IMG/VR virus record: IMGVR_UViG_3300015607_004160
DNA from: a virus
Lineage: Duplodnaviria > Caudoviricetes
Direction: 5' to 3' (one strand)
Length of the DNA: 64,000 nucleotides
Made by a program: the position numbers and the translations under genes. Below are positions 30,785 through 39,316 of the stretch, one piece after another. Under the pieces are notes generated by a model that did not search any database, was not told the DNA's origin, and was given only the letters and a program-made list of their open reading frames with translations. How positions within the stretch are numbered: the first letter of the stretch is position 1; every line of letters starts with the position of its first letter.

Positions 30785-31171
30785 ATGAAATATTTAAAAA
30801 CATTTGAATCAAAAAAATCAGGTCCTAATTTCAAAAAAATTATAATTGATGATTTTGTTATATATCAAGGAAAAGATGCTGAGGCAAATGATTATGTTAC
30901 ATTAGAAGTAGCAAATGATAATGATATGTGGTTTCATGCAAAAGGTGTTCCCGGTAGTCACGTCGTAATGAAAATAAAAGACAAACTACCAACACAAGAG
31001 ACAATTAAAAAGGTGGCTTTAATAGCTGCTAAGAATTGTAAATCAAAAGATAATAGTATTAAAGTACTTTATTGTAAGAAAAAATTCGTTAAAAAAGAAA
31101 AAGGAATGAATCCCGGACAAGTTAAAGTAGATTATAATAACGCTGATGAAATAATCATTGAAAAAAAATAA
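30785..31171 (+). CDS. stand-alone NFACT-R (DUF814, RqcH/Rqc2-related) RNA-binding domain protein
   Basis: GKDA.AND.VT, D.WFHAKG.PGSHVV, K.V.K.KG..PG.V. Confidence 0.85.
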   Translation: MKYLKTFESKKSGPNFKKIIIDDFVIYQGKDAEANDYVTLEVANDNDMWFHAKGVPGSHVVMKIKDKLPTQETIKKVALIAAKNCKSKDNSIKVLYCKKKFVKKEKGMNPGQVKVDYNNADEIIIEKK

Positions 31172-31328
31172 TATATACCTATATGACAGGAGTTTATTTA
31201 ACAAAAGGAGCAAGTGATATCTTTGACTCTATGGAAAAATAATCATTGAAAAAAAATAATATATACCTATATGACAGGAGTTTATTTAACAAAAGGAGCA
31301 AGTGATATCTTTGACTCTATGGAAAAAT
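31149..31328 (+). repeat. exact 88-bp tandem duplication covering promoter and first 19 codons
   Basis: ATG at 31183 and 31271 in identical context; first copy ends MEK-stop. Confidence 0.92.
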
Positions 31329-32881
31329 TAGGAATAAAAAAAGTCAATAGGCTTATTAATGATCTGAAAGCTATTAATTCAAATGCACCTAACTATACAG
31401 AAAAAATTACTATTGGTAAGGATAGTCTTACTATGAAGGTACTTGAAGAGGTTTTAGGATATACTAAATACAACAAGAAAGAGTTTGAGGAATTTTTAAA
31501 GGTTTTTAAAAACATATCAAATAAAAACATGGGAAGCGGCAAAAAACAAATTGATAAAGAGAGTATCCAAATTAAATTTACGGATGACTTCGCAATGATG
31601 TTAGATAAAATAGATGATCAAATTTGTTGGGCACTGCTTGACATTGAGCAAAATCCCGAAATAAAAAATAAATTTGGCATTGAGAAATTAGATGTTTCTG
31701 ATACAGATTTCAGCTTTGATGTTTACTACCCAAATGGAAGAAGAGGATTAATTAAAATAGCGGAATTCATAAGAACATTTTTTGGAAATAAATTTGACAA
31801 AGGAACAATATATAACTTTGTAAGGGATTATAATAAAATTAAAAATAGGGCACTCAATAAATCTGATGATGAGATTCAAGTGCCTGAATTCAAATTCAAT
31901 CCTAAAGATGTTAGATCCACTTTTATATCATTAACAACCGAAACATATCCACATGGTCATGAAGAAGGTGTTTACAAATATTTACCAGAGGGATTACAAA
32001 CTGATAAATATGGTAATCTTTACCACATAATTGGCAAATCCGATACTATGTTTACATCACACTTAGATACAGCATCAAGAGATAAAAGTGATATTATATT
32101 AGTAGCACAGTCAAAAAATGGACAAGATTACATAATGAGTGATGGTACAACTATTTTAGGAGCAGATGATAAAGCTGGGGTTGCAGTAATGATGTATATG
32201 ATGGCTCATAATGTTCCCGGAGTTTATTATTTCTTCTTAGGTGAAGAAAGAGGTGGAATTGGATCTGGTAAAGTGGCCGATGATTTTAGATCCTTTGAAT
32301 TTCTTAAAGAAATTAAGAAAGTAATTTCATTTGATAGAAGAAACTATTTTTCTGTTATTACAGAGCAAATGGGAATGAGATGCTGCTCAAATGAGTTTGC
32401 TGAATCACTTTGTAAAGAATTAAATAAAAGTGGTTTAAAATTGAACCTAGATCCTACAGGTGTATTTACTGATTCCTATAATTTTGTTGATTATGTTCCA
32501 GAGTGTACTAATGTATCTGTTGGATATTTTAATGAACATACACACGATGAGATTCAGAATATGACTTATTTAGAAAGATTAGCCAAAGCTTGTGTATCCG
32601 CTGATTGGAATAAACTTACTATAAAGAGAAAAATTGGATTTGATTCTGAAGTATTGGAAAAATGGTCTGACTTAATAAGGGATCTAAAAGAGTCGATATT
32701 TTTCAATGATTCTACTATTAAAGGAGTAGAAGGTAAAGTGGTTGTTTCAATTGAATTTGATGATGTCTCTTTAAGAAATGCTTATGATGATTTATCACAA
32801 ATTGAAACAATTTTATTAATGCATAGATGTAATCCTGATATAAAATTTGATGGTAACATTTTAAAAATACAAATTGGATAA
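31271..32881 (+). CDS. M28/M20 peptidase-like protein with an N-terminal extension (paralog of 20732-21874)
   Basis: TYPHGHE, HLDT, LGADDKAG, GEE, SFDRR, PECTNVSVGY..EHT. Confidence 0.8.
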   Translation: MTGVYLTKGASDIFDSMEKLGIKKVNRLINDLKAINSNAPNYTEKITIGKDSLTMKVLEEVLGYTKYNKKEFEEFLKVFKNISNKNMGSGKKQIDKESIQIKFTDDFAMMLDKIDDQICWALLDIEQNPEIKNKFGIEKLDVSDTDFSFDVYYPNGRRGLIKIAEFIRTFFGNKFDKGTIYNFVRDYNKIKNRALNKSDDEIQVPEFKFNPKDVRSTFISLTTETYPHGHEEGVYKYLPEGLQTDKYGNLYHIIGKSDTMFTSHLDTASRDKSDIILVAQSKNGQDYIMSDGTTILGADDKAGVAVMMYMMAHNVPGVYYFFLGEERGGIGSGKVADDFRSFEFLKEIKKVISFDRRNYFSVITEQMGMRCCSNEFAESLCKELNKSGLKLNLDPTGVFTDSYNFVDYVPECTNVSVGYFNEHTHDEIQNMTYLERLAKACVSADWNKLTIKRKIGFDSEVLEKWSDLIRDLKESIFFNDSTIKGVEGKVVVSIEFDDVSLRNAYDDLSQIETILLMHRCNPDIKFDGNILKIQIG

Positions 32882-32882
32882 T

Positions 32883-33323
32883 ATGAAACTTAAAAAATAC
32901 TTTGAAATTAACGAAAGAGAAGGGTTTGATGATATAGATCAACCATTAGATGACTATCCTGAAATTCCTGAACTTGAGGAAGTTGAAGAAATAGCTCAGG
33001 ATGATATCATTGAAAACTTACTATCTACACTTAGAAAAATGATAAAAAATTCTGGATTTGAGAATTATTATGTATTTACTGATGATGAAGGCAGCATTAA
33101 TGTTCAATTTGTTTTAAATAAAACAGAAAAAATAGGTAGTGTTATGAAAATTATGAATCTACTTAAGAAGCTAGAAACTGATATCCTAATACAATACGAA
33201 TCTGAGTTCGATTTATGGGAAGTCAAAAGTGGTGAACCTTTAATAACAGCTAAATTCTTCTATGATGAAGATGTGGCGGCACCTACTTCATTAAATGATA
33301 TTGAAGGCGAAGTTCCATTTTAA
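32883..33323 (+). CDS. acidic hypothetical protein
   Basis: MKLKKYFEINE start. Confidence 0.7.
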   Translation: MKLKKYFEINEREGFDDIDQPLDDYPEIPELEEVEEIAQDDIIENLLSTLRKMIKNSGFENYYVFTDDEGSINVQFVLNKTEKIGSVMKIMNLLKKLETDILIQYESEFDLWEVKSGEPLITAKFFYDEDVAAPTSLNDIEGEVPF

Positions 33324-33337
33324 AAAAAATTTAGATA

Positions 33338-33658
33338 ATGAAACATATTAAAAAATTTAACGAAAGATTTTTTGAAAGAACTATTAAAAAAGTATCTCAT
33401 ACTGCACAGAGAATAGTTCTTCCAACATTTACCTCGAAGGAATGTGAGGATCTTGGGTATAAAATTGGATTTGAGTTAGAAAAAGATAGGTATGCCTTTT
33501 CAAGAAAAGATATTAAATTAGGAGATGAAGTGTTCTATCTTGGACATGATGGTGTTGGTGGATGGTGGTATGGAAACAAAACGATAGCTGACCAAGAATT
33601 AGTTGATAAGGCCGAAAATTTACAATTTTATAAGAAAGTTGGTGTAGTTGTAGATTAA
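33338..33658 (+). CDS. hypothetical protein (MKHIKKFNE)
   Basis: ORF. Confidence 0.7.
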   Translation: MKHIKKFNERFFERTIKKVSHTAQRIVLPTFTSKECEDLGYKIGFELEKDRYAFSRKDIKLGDEVFYLGHDGVGGWWYGNKTIADQELVDKAENLQFYKKVGVVVD

Positions 33659-34071
33659 ATTATCCATTTCGGAGGTTGTATAATTGATTGTGTATTAAAC
33701 AGTCGTTTATGCTTGTAAAATTTTTCAATTTTTAGTAAGAATTCATTCAGCTCCTCATATGTATCTAATATAAAATATCTGCTGCTATCTTTATTTGGAC
33801 TACCAAAGTCCTCAAAATCAACTGAAACTAAATAATACTCATCATATTGTTTATCTATTGATATTCTATAAAAATAATCACCATTCCTTTTATAAAACTC
33901 TAATTGAATATCAGAATTTCTTGTTAGGTAGAAAAGGTCCCATTCATTGATATCTGCGAATTTCTTTACTAGGTCTAATTCCCTTTTATTAAGTTCTTCT
34001 GGTTTATCAATTTTGTTATATTCATCGATTTTTATTTCTCTAAAATTTTCAAATAATTTAAGATATTTCAT
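33655..34071 (-). CDS. hypothetical protein (MKYLKLFE), divergent CDQ-like domain
   Basis: DEYYLV...YFILDTYEEL. Confidence 0.7.
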   Translation of the reverse strand: MKYLKLFENFREIKIDEYNKIDKPEELNKRELDLVKKFADINEWDLFYLTRNSDIQLEFYKRNGDYFYRISIDKQYDEYYLVSVDFEDFGSPNKDSSRYFILDTYEELNEFLLKIEKFYKHKRLFNTQSIIQPPKWII

Positions 34072-34092
34072 AATTAATTATATATATTAAAT

Positions 34093-34314
34093 ATGAAATA
34101 TTATTGTGATACTAAAAGACATCTAATTTGCATTCCATACTCCATTGAAAACTTACATAAAATGGCAGATAATCTTAATATTAAAAGATGTTGGTTTCAT
34201 AAAACACATTATGATATACCCAAAAGGAGAATAGACGAAATAACTAATAAGTGTTTGGTAGTAAGTACCATAGATATTGTTAGGATAATTCGTGGAATTG
34301 TCATATCTTTGTAG
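34093..34314 (+). CDS. DUF4031-like small protein
   Basis: HL....LH.MA..L.IKR.WF...HYDI. Confidence 0.65.
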   Translation: MKYYCDTKRHLICIPYSIENLHKMADNLNIKRCWFHKTHYDIPKRRIDEITNKCLVVSTIDIVRIIRGIVISL

Positions 34315-34315
34315 T

Positions 34316-34939
34316 ATGAATTATAATTTTCTCTATTCGAATTCATTTGAAAGGAAGTTTAATAGAAAACCTAAAGAGTGGACTATTGAACAAATTCATG
34401 CACTTTATGAAAAAGCCAAGGAAAGATCAAATAAAAGATGGAAATCTAGATCTGAATTTATCAAGAAAATAGTTGGTAAGATTCCAAAAAATAGTAAAGA
34501 TGAATATGTTATCTATTATTATCATCCTAAAGATAATAATAATATTTATTGTTATACTTTTAAATATAACTCTGAATATAGATCACATAGTATCGGACAG
34601 GGCAGAGTCGAATTTTCAAAAGATATAGTTGCTGGCCGTCAGGAAAAGCTTGACTTTATTCTTTCACATGATGAATCATTTGAACTAGGTCAAGAATATT
34701 ATAAACTTGATAAAATGTGTTCTTATTTAGAACATAGAGTTATGAAAATTTTATGGATGTTAATAGAGGATAAACTGAGAGCTCACTTTAAGAAAACAGA
34801 TACACTACCAAAAAGTGTATTTATAATTGATATTGGAACCAAAAAATACTATGTTAAGGTCGACGACCAGCATAGATTTGGATATATGACATTTCACTTA
34901 GGTGGAGAATATACTGATGAGATTATTAAAATTGACTAA
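34316..34939 (+). CDS. hypothetical protein
   Basis: start moved to ATG 34316, 4 nt after TATCTTTG. Confidence 0.7.
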   Translation: MNYNFLYSNSFERKFNRKPKEWTIEQIHALYEKAKERSNKRWKSRSEFIKKIVGKIPKNSKDEYVIYYYHPKDNNNIYCYTFKYNSEYRSHSIGQGRVEFSKDIVAGRQEKLDFILSHDESFELGQEYYKLDKMCSYLEHRVMKILWMLIEDKLRAHFKKTDTLPKSVFIIDIGTKKYYVKVDDQHRFGYMTFHLGGEYTDEIIKID

Positions 34940-35407
34940 ATGGACTTAATCTATAAAATATACTCGGTTTTCTTATATGATCATCAGTTAAATCATGATT
35001 ATCTCATTTTGTATAATTATGGTGATTACGATTTGCAGCGGGGGCTTGGATATGATATTGGATATTCGCTTAATAAAATTCACAATTTAGATAAATATTC
35101 TCCAAGTTTTAATGATGAATCTATTATAGAGATGCAAAATGCGGCAATAAGAGGTAATAAAATGTTTGTTAAGAATGATGGGTTCTTAACCTTAGTCAAA
35201 GGTGGAACCTCACCACGACCACGATATAATATCTATGATGTATACTGGAATGAAACAAAGTCCAATATTAATATTCATGAATATGAAGTTGCTGCTATTT
35301 GGAATGTTGGTAAGGATTCTTGCTCAGTCTATAGAATATGGGAAGAAAAAGATGAGAGAGAAAGAATAATAAGAAATAATAAGTTAAATTTACTATTAAC
35401 AATTTAA
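34940..35407 (+). CDS. hypothetical protein
   Basis: ends IRNNKLNLLL. Confidence 0.65.
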   Translation: MDLIYKIYSVFLYDHQLNHDYLILYNYGDYDLQRGLGYDIGYSLNKIHNLDKYSPSFNDESIIEMQNAAIRGNKMFVKNDGFLTLVKGGTSPRPRYNIYDVYWNETKSNINIHEYEVAAIWNVGKDSCSVYRIWEEKDERERIIRNNKLNLLLTI

Positions 35408-35447
35408 TATAAAAATATGGGTTTTCACTATTGAAATTTAAACTTTT

Positions 35448-35478
35448 TTTGAGTTTTCAAATATTATATATATCTTTG
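35448..35478 (+). promoter_or_regulatory. Bacteroidota-type promoter for the ncRNA/tmRNA cluster (TTTG-N19-TATCTTTG)
   Basis: consensus match. Confidence 0.7.
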
Positions 35479-35545
35479 TAAAGAAACAGGAAGGGTCTCT
35501 GGTCAGTCTGAAAAAGATAGGACGCACTTCTGGTCAGTTTCTTTA
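35479..35545 (+). ncRNA. putative structured RNA 1 with two AGG-N8-CTGGTCA strands
   Basis: outer stem TAAAGAAAC/GTTTCTTTA, inner hairpin GTCT-GAAAA-AGAT, symmetric 18x18 internal loop. Confidence 0.6.
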
Positions 35546-35551
35546 AATTAT

Positions 35552-35913
35552 GGGGGTGAATTGGAATAGATTCGCATCGTAATGGTAGTTAAGCAAGCAT
35601 CGGCTGAGTTATCCGATTAATAAATTGACATCAACGCTTTAAACGGCAAAACAAACGAAGTAGCAAGCAAAGAAGATTTAGTATTTGCTCTACGCAACAA
35701 CTTACTCACTGTGAATGAGTTTGAAGTAGCTTAATTGATACTTTCATAAAAATGTCACCTGAATCACAACAGTAAATAGTGATAGTTTTTTGTTAAATTC
35801 TTTGTGAACATAAAAATTAACTATTTTGATAATTTAGAAAAATTATCTAAGCTTGTGAATGATTAGTTATTATTAACTGAAGAAGACGGGAGAGTCGGAG
35901 CTCCCCACCTCCA
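35552..35913 (+). ncRNA. ssrA: tmRNA
   Basis: 5' GGGGGTG pairs with 3' CACCTCC-A including the G3.U Ala determinant; T-stem GGGAG/CTCCC; AAGC..CTAAGCTTG helix; internal tag ORF 35645-35734. Confidence 0.88.
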
Positions 35914-35917
35914 CAAA

Positions 35918-35996
35918 AAACCAACAAGGTAGGATAAAAAGCTGGACAGCCTTGAAAAAATAGGTAGGTGTTTTCTCTGGTCAGCCGAGTTGGTTT
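35918..35996 (+). ncRNA. putative structured RNA 2 with two AGG-N8-CTGGWCA strands
   Basis: outer stem AAACCAAC..GGT/GCC..GTTGGTTT, inner stem GCCT/AGGT, same loop geometry as RNA 1. Confidence 0.6.
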
Positions 35997-36077
35997 CTTT
36001 TTAATAACCTCAGCGGAATTGGACTGCTGTTTATTTCTTTTTATGATTAAAATATACATCTACACTAAAGAGCTCAA

Positions 36078-36106
36078 ATTTTGTTAAGTTTAAAACTTAA
36101 CAAAAT
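36078..36106. repeat. perfect 14-bp inverted repeat just before ATG 36109
   Basis: ATTTTGTTAAGTTT-A-AAACTTAACAAAAT. Confidence 0.8.
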
Positions 36107-36108
36107 AT

Positions 36109-36822
36109 ATGAGAAAAAACAAACACTTTGAAAAAGAGAAGGAATTCATTCGCCTTCAGAAGCAACTTGCTAAAAATTGGGAAACACAAAGGAGTTTAGG
36201 TTGGTCTGAACTTACTGAGCCCAAATTTATTGGATACAATGCTTATCTTGAACCAAGACAAGATATACAAAATCGTGATGATGCTTGGGTATTCTGGTAT
36301 ATCTGCCAAAACTTCGGAACAAAAACATTTGCTAAAAAAATTGAACTTTTTGATTGGGAAAGGAAAGGTAAATCTATATACAAAACAATGATTTATCATA
36401 TGCCTCGCATACATGGAATTAATGAATGGACTTATCTTAATCTTCCTCCACAAATAAAAAAATGGTTTACTGATGAGATTCCATTCCATGTACATGGATG
36501 GAACAGACATTCAAAATCTTACTATTGTAAAATACCAAATTTTTACTTTGATATCAAATATGAAAAAGAGTATAAAACTAAAGTAAAAATTTACAGCACT
36601 ATTCTCGAACAAGAAGAAGCTGAAATTGAATACATTCTTGATACTAAGTTTTACCATGAATGTAAAAATTACAGAAGACATAGAAAAGCGCCCAAACATT
36701 TCAGAAAATTTTTAAATAGATCACAAAGAGCTAAGTCTAAACAAACTCTTTTTAATATAATGGATGGAAAAGACTGTGAATTTGAGGATAATTACAGTGG
36801 GGCAGATTGGTTATGGGATTAA
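36109..36822 (+). CDS. basic, aromatic-rich hypothetical protein
   Basis: 237-aa ORF immediately downstream of the RNA cluster. Confidence 0.75.
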   Translation: MRKNKHFEKEKEFIRLQKQLAKNWETQRSLGWSELTEPKFIGYNAYLEPRQDIQNRDDAWVFWYICQNFGTKTFAKKIELFDWERKGKSIYKTMIYHMPRIHGINEWTYLNLPPQIKKWFTDEIPFHVHGWNRHSKSYYCKIPNFYFDIKYEKEYKTKVKIYSTILEQEEAEIEYILDTKFYHECKNYRRHRKAPKHFRKFLNRSQRAKSKQTLFNIMDGKDCEFEDNYSGADWLWD

Positions 36823-36835
36823 AAAATTTTTAACT

Positions 36836-37058
36836 ATGAAAATAGTTTGCATAAGTAAAAAATTACCGGGTAGAACAAAAGAAGAGTATCTATATCTAGC
36901 CATAGGTAAAATATACGACTGCCTAAATAAATCAATTTAAAGATGATCCAATGATTAAAATAAAAGATGATAATGGAGAAGTTGTCTACTATCATAAAAA
37001 ATGTTTTGAAACATTGGAAATCAATAGATATGAAAAACTTAATGAGTTAGGGATTTAA
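36836..37058 (+). pseudogene. frameshifted small gene (MKIVCI...GKIY / DDNG...NRYEKLNELGI)
   Basis: 223 nt = 74 codons + 1 base; second half in another frame ends in the C-terminal motif. Confidence 0.55.
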
Positions 37059-37074
37059 TTAGTATCTTTGTAAT

Positions 37075-37572
37075 ATGTTAAAAGTAGGTGATATATATTA
37101 TCTTTCTGACCAGTTTGGCCCTAAATTTGTCAAAATTATTATGATTGGTGATATCCATGAAAAAAATGATAATTGGGTCTACTTTTATAAATCTACTTGG
37201 CTTAATAATATTGTTAAAGTTAGTTATCCTGAAAATGGTCTTGGAAACCTTGGTTGTGATAAATCACAAGTAAAAAAATGGCATTTTGAAAAACTACTTG
37301 ATAGGTTTACTTATACTTCAAGCTTTAAAGGATGTATTAAAATTAATGGTGAAATAGTTCAAGCAATTAAAGATAATAGAGAGTCAGACATAATTAAATT
37401 AATTAAGAATGACCCAAATATATATCCATATATGGAAGTGATTCGTGGTGATAGATGTTTACTTCAACATGACGAAAAATTAGTCGATTTTGATAAATGT
37501 GATATAATCACTTGTAAAAAAATTTCAAAACAAGACTTCAGAAATATAAAATTAAATAAGATATTAGAATAA
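37075..37572 (+). CDS. hypothetical protein
   Basis: TATCTTTG 4 nt upstream; ends FRNIKLNKIL. Confidence 0.7.
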   Translation: MLKVGDIYYLSDQFGPKFVKIIMIGDIHEKNDNWVYFYKSTWLNNIVKVSYPENGLGNLGCDKSQVKKWHFEKLLDRFTYTSSFKGCIKINGEIVQAIKDNRESDIIKLIKNDPNIYPYMEVIRGDRCLLQHDEKLVDFDKCDIITCKKISKQDFRNIKLNKILE

Positions 37573-39066
37573 TTCTTCTTCTAATTGTTTTATTTCATCT
37601 AATACCGCTTTTAATTCTTCCTTTCTATTCATCATTATCTTCTTATTCTTTTTCCTATCATCATAAACATCCTTCAACATTTTTATTGTTGGGGATTCTC
37701 TTTTTAAGAAAACAGCGTTATTAGCACAAATAACATGATTAATTGGGTCTATAGGAAGTCCATTATCACAATATTCCGGATTCTTATCATCTTTTATTCC
37801 AATAAAATTTTCAGGTGCAATATAGAACTGCCGTTGTGTTGTTGGATAAAGACTAGCGAAGTCATAAATTGCACACCATTGATTCATACCAACAATTGGA
37901 TCTTTAACCCATCCACCAGCAATACCATGACCGCCATTACTAGATTCATCCTTTTCAGGTCTAAATAGGACTATGTTATCTTGTTCTCTAAATCTATTTC
38001 TTAAAACTCCCTCTGTAATAGCAAGTGATCCTAAAGCATTATTCATTTGAGAAATAACATCAACAATTTTAATCTTTGCTAATGAAGAAATCGCATATAT
38101 AATTGAGATATAGTTTCGGGCTTCATGTATTTTTTGAACAAGAACAGAGTCAACTGCATTATAATACATAAATGTCTCAAAATCCTCTTCATATAGTTTT
38201 TGTAATGATCCAGTATATTTAATCTTCTCAACACCAACCAACTTATTAGAAACAAAGTCTAATGATGATGATTCTTTTACCTTAATTGAAGTATCACATA
38301 TTTCATAAAGTTGCATGTAATCAAATATCATTCTATGTGCAGGAATTTCCTCTGTAGAATTCCAAACCTTATTTAGCCTCTTTGTTGGAGAAGAAACCGC
38401 TGGATTTATGGAATATTCTTTACCATTAAAATTCTTCTTAAGCTTTTTACTTCTATTAACCAAGTAAACCCAGTCATAATTAATAAAGTTCCAACCAGTA
38501 ATGATCGGCATCTTAATTGTCATTTTATTGAAGAATGCATATAACATATCAAATTCATCATCATATTTGATGTATTTAAATTTATAATCAGAATTAAATT
38601 TCTCAAAATACTTATTCGTATTAGTTCTAATTCTTTCCTGCATATCCTCCGGCATATCTCTTAGACCCAATAAAATAATTTTATCCTCATAAACGATTGA
38701 TATAGATAAAACTCTAGTAGGAGCTGTTTCAGCATCAGGAAATCCATCCACGATTTCGGTTTCAATATCGACAAAGTATATACCAGGTAGATTATATTCA
38801 AATATTTCTTCTTTTTCTGAATCTGGAAGTTGGTCTAAAAATTCATAAATGGCATATCTATCCGGGTGTGTTACTTCAATTAGTTTAACATGCTTACCAT
38901 CCCATGATTTATATAGTGGGTGCGCATCCTTATCATTTTCATCACAAACAACATATTTTTGTGGATTATCCCACTCATAATATTTAAGCTTGATATCACC
39001 TGATTTATCTACATAACTAACAACCAATCTTTTAGTATTGGTTAAATATTGAGTATCGACTAACAT
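37564..39066 (-). CDS. family-B DNA polymerase, N-terminal half (exonuclease plus motif A; split gp43-like)
   Basis: ExoI DIETE, ExoII GWN...YD, ExoIII YNAVD, GGWV..P, DFASLYP; stops before motifs B and C. Confidence 0.88.
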   Translation of the reverse strand: MLVDTQYLTNTKRLVVSYVDKSGDIKLKYYEWDNPQKYVVCDENDKDAHPLYKSWDGKHVKLIEVTHPDRYAIYEFLDQLPDSEKEEIFEYNLPGIYFVDIETEIVDGFPDAETAPTRVLSISIVYEDKIILLGLRDMPEDMQERIRTNTNKYFEKFNSDYKFKYIKYDDEFDMLYAFFNKMTIKMPIITGWNFINYDWVYLVNRSKKLKKNFNGKEYSINPAVSSPTKRLNKVWNSTEEIPAHRMIFDYMQLYEICDTSIKVKESSSLDFVSNKLVGVEKIKYTGSLQKLYEEDFETFMYYNAVDSVLVQKIHEARNYISIIYAISSLAKIKIVDVISQMNNALGSLAITEGVLRNRFREQDNIVLFRPEKDESSNGGHGIAGGWVKDPIVGMNQWCAIYDFASLYPTTQRQFYIAPENFIGIKDDKNPEYCDNGLPIDPINHVICANNAVFLKRESPTIKMLKDVYDDRKKNKKIMMNRKEELKAVLDEIKQLEEELF

Positions 39067-39314
39067 TCTACTATTTTATTTATTTTTATATCTCTCATTT
39101 CTTCTTTTGTGTAAAAATAATCATATAGGTATGGTCTGATTGTTCCCCCTCTGGTATCATCAAATGGTATAATATTTTGGTTATCTTTACTATATTCTTT
39201 ATCAGATACAAAGTGATTTAATCCTTGAAAGTTGCTCCAATAGAAATACATTTCTCCTTCTATATAATCAAATCCAAGTGCTCTAAAGCTTTTTTTACAC
39301 ATTAATTTTTCCAT
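39060..39314 (-). CDS. hypothetical protein
   Basis: ends MRDIKINKIV. Confidence 0.6.
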   Translation of the reverse strand: MEKLMCKKSFRALGFDYIEGEMYFYWSNFQGLNHFVSDKEYSKDNQNIIPFDDTRGGTIRPYLYDYFYTKEEMRDIKINKIVEC

Positions 39315-39316
39315 AA

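Noticed and set aside
35479-35996. Motif copies as a mini-CRISPR or a canonical TIGR array
   Set aside because: Constant parts are only 3 and 7 nt and the variable part 8 nt; no cas or recognisable Nop-domain gene in the window; kept only as an architectural analogy.
35847-36059. 70-aa minus-strand ORF
   Set aside because: Antisense to the tmRNA 3' end and RNA 2; no protein features.
36836-37058. Programmed frameshift
   Set aside because: No clear slippery site or stimulatory structure; a mutation or sequencing error is simpler.
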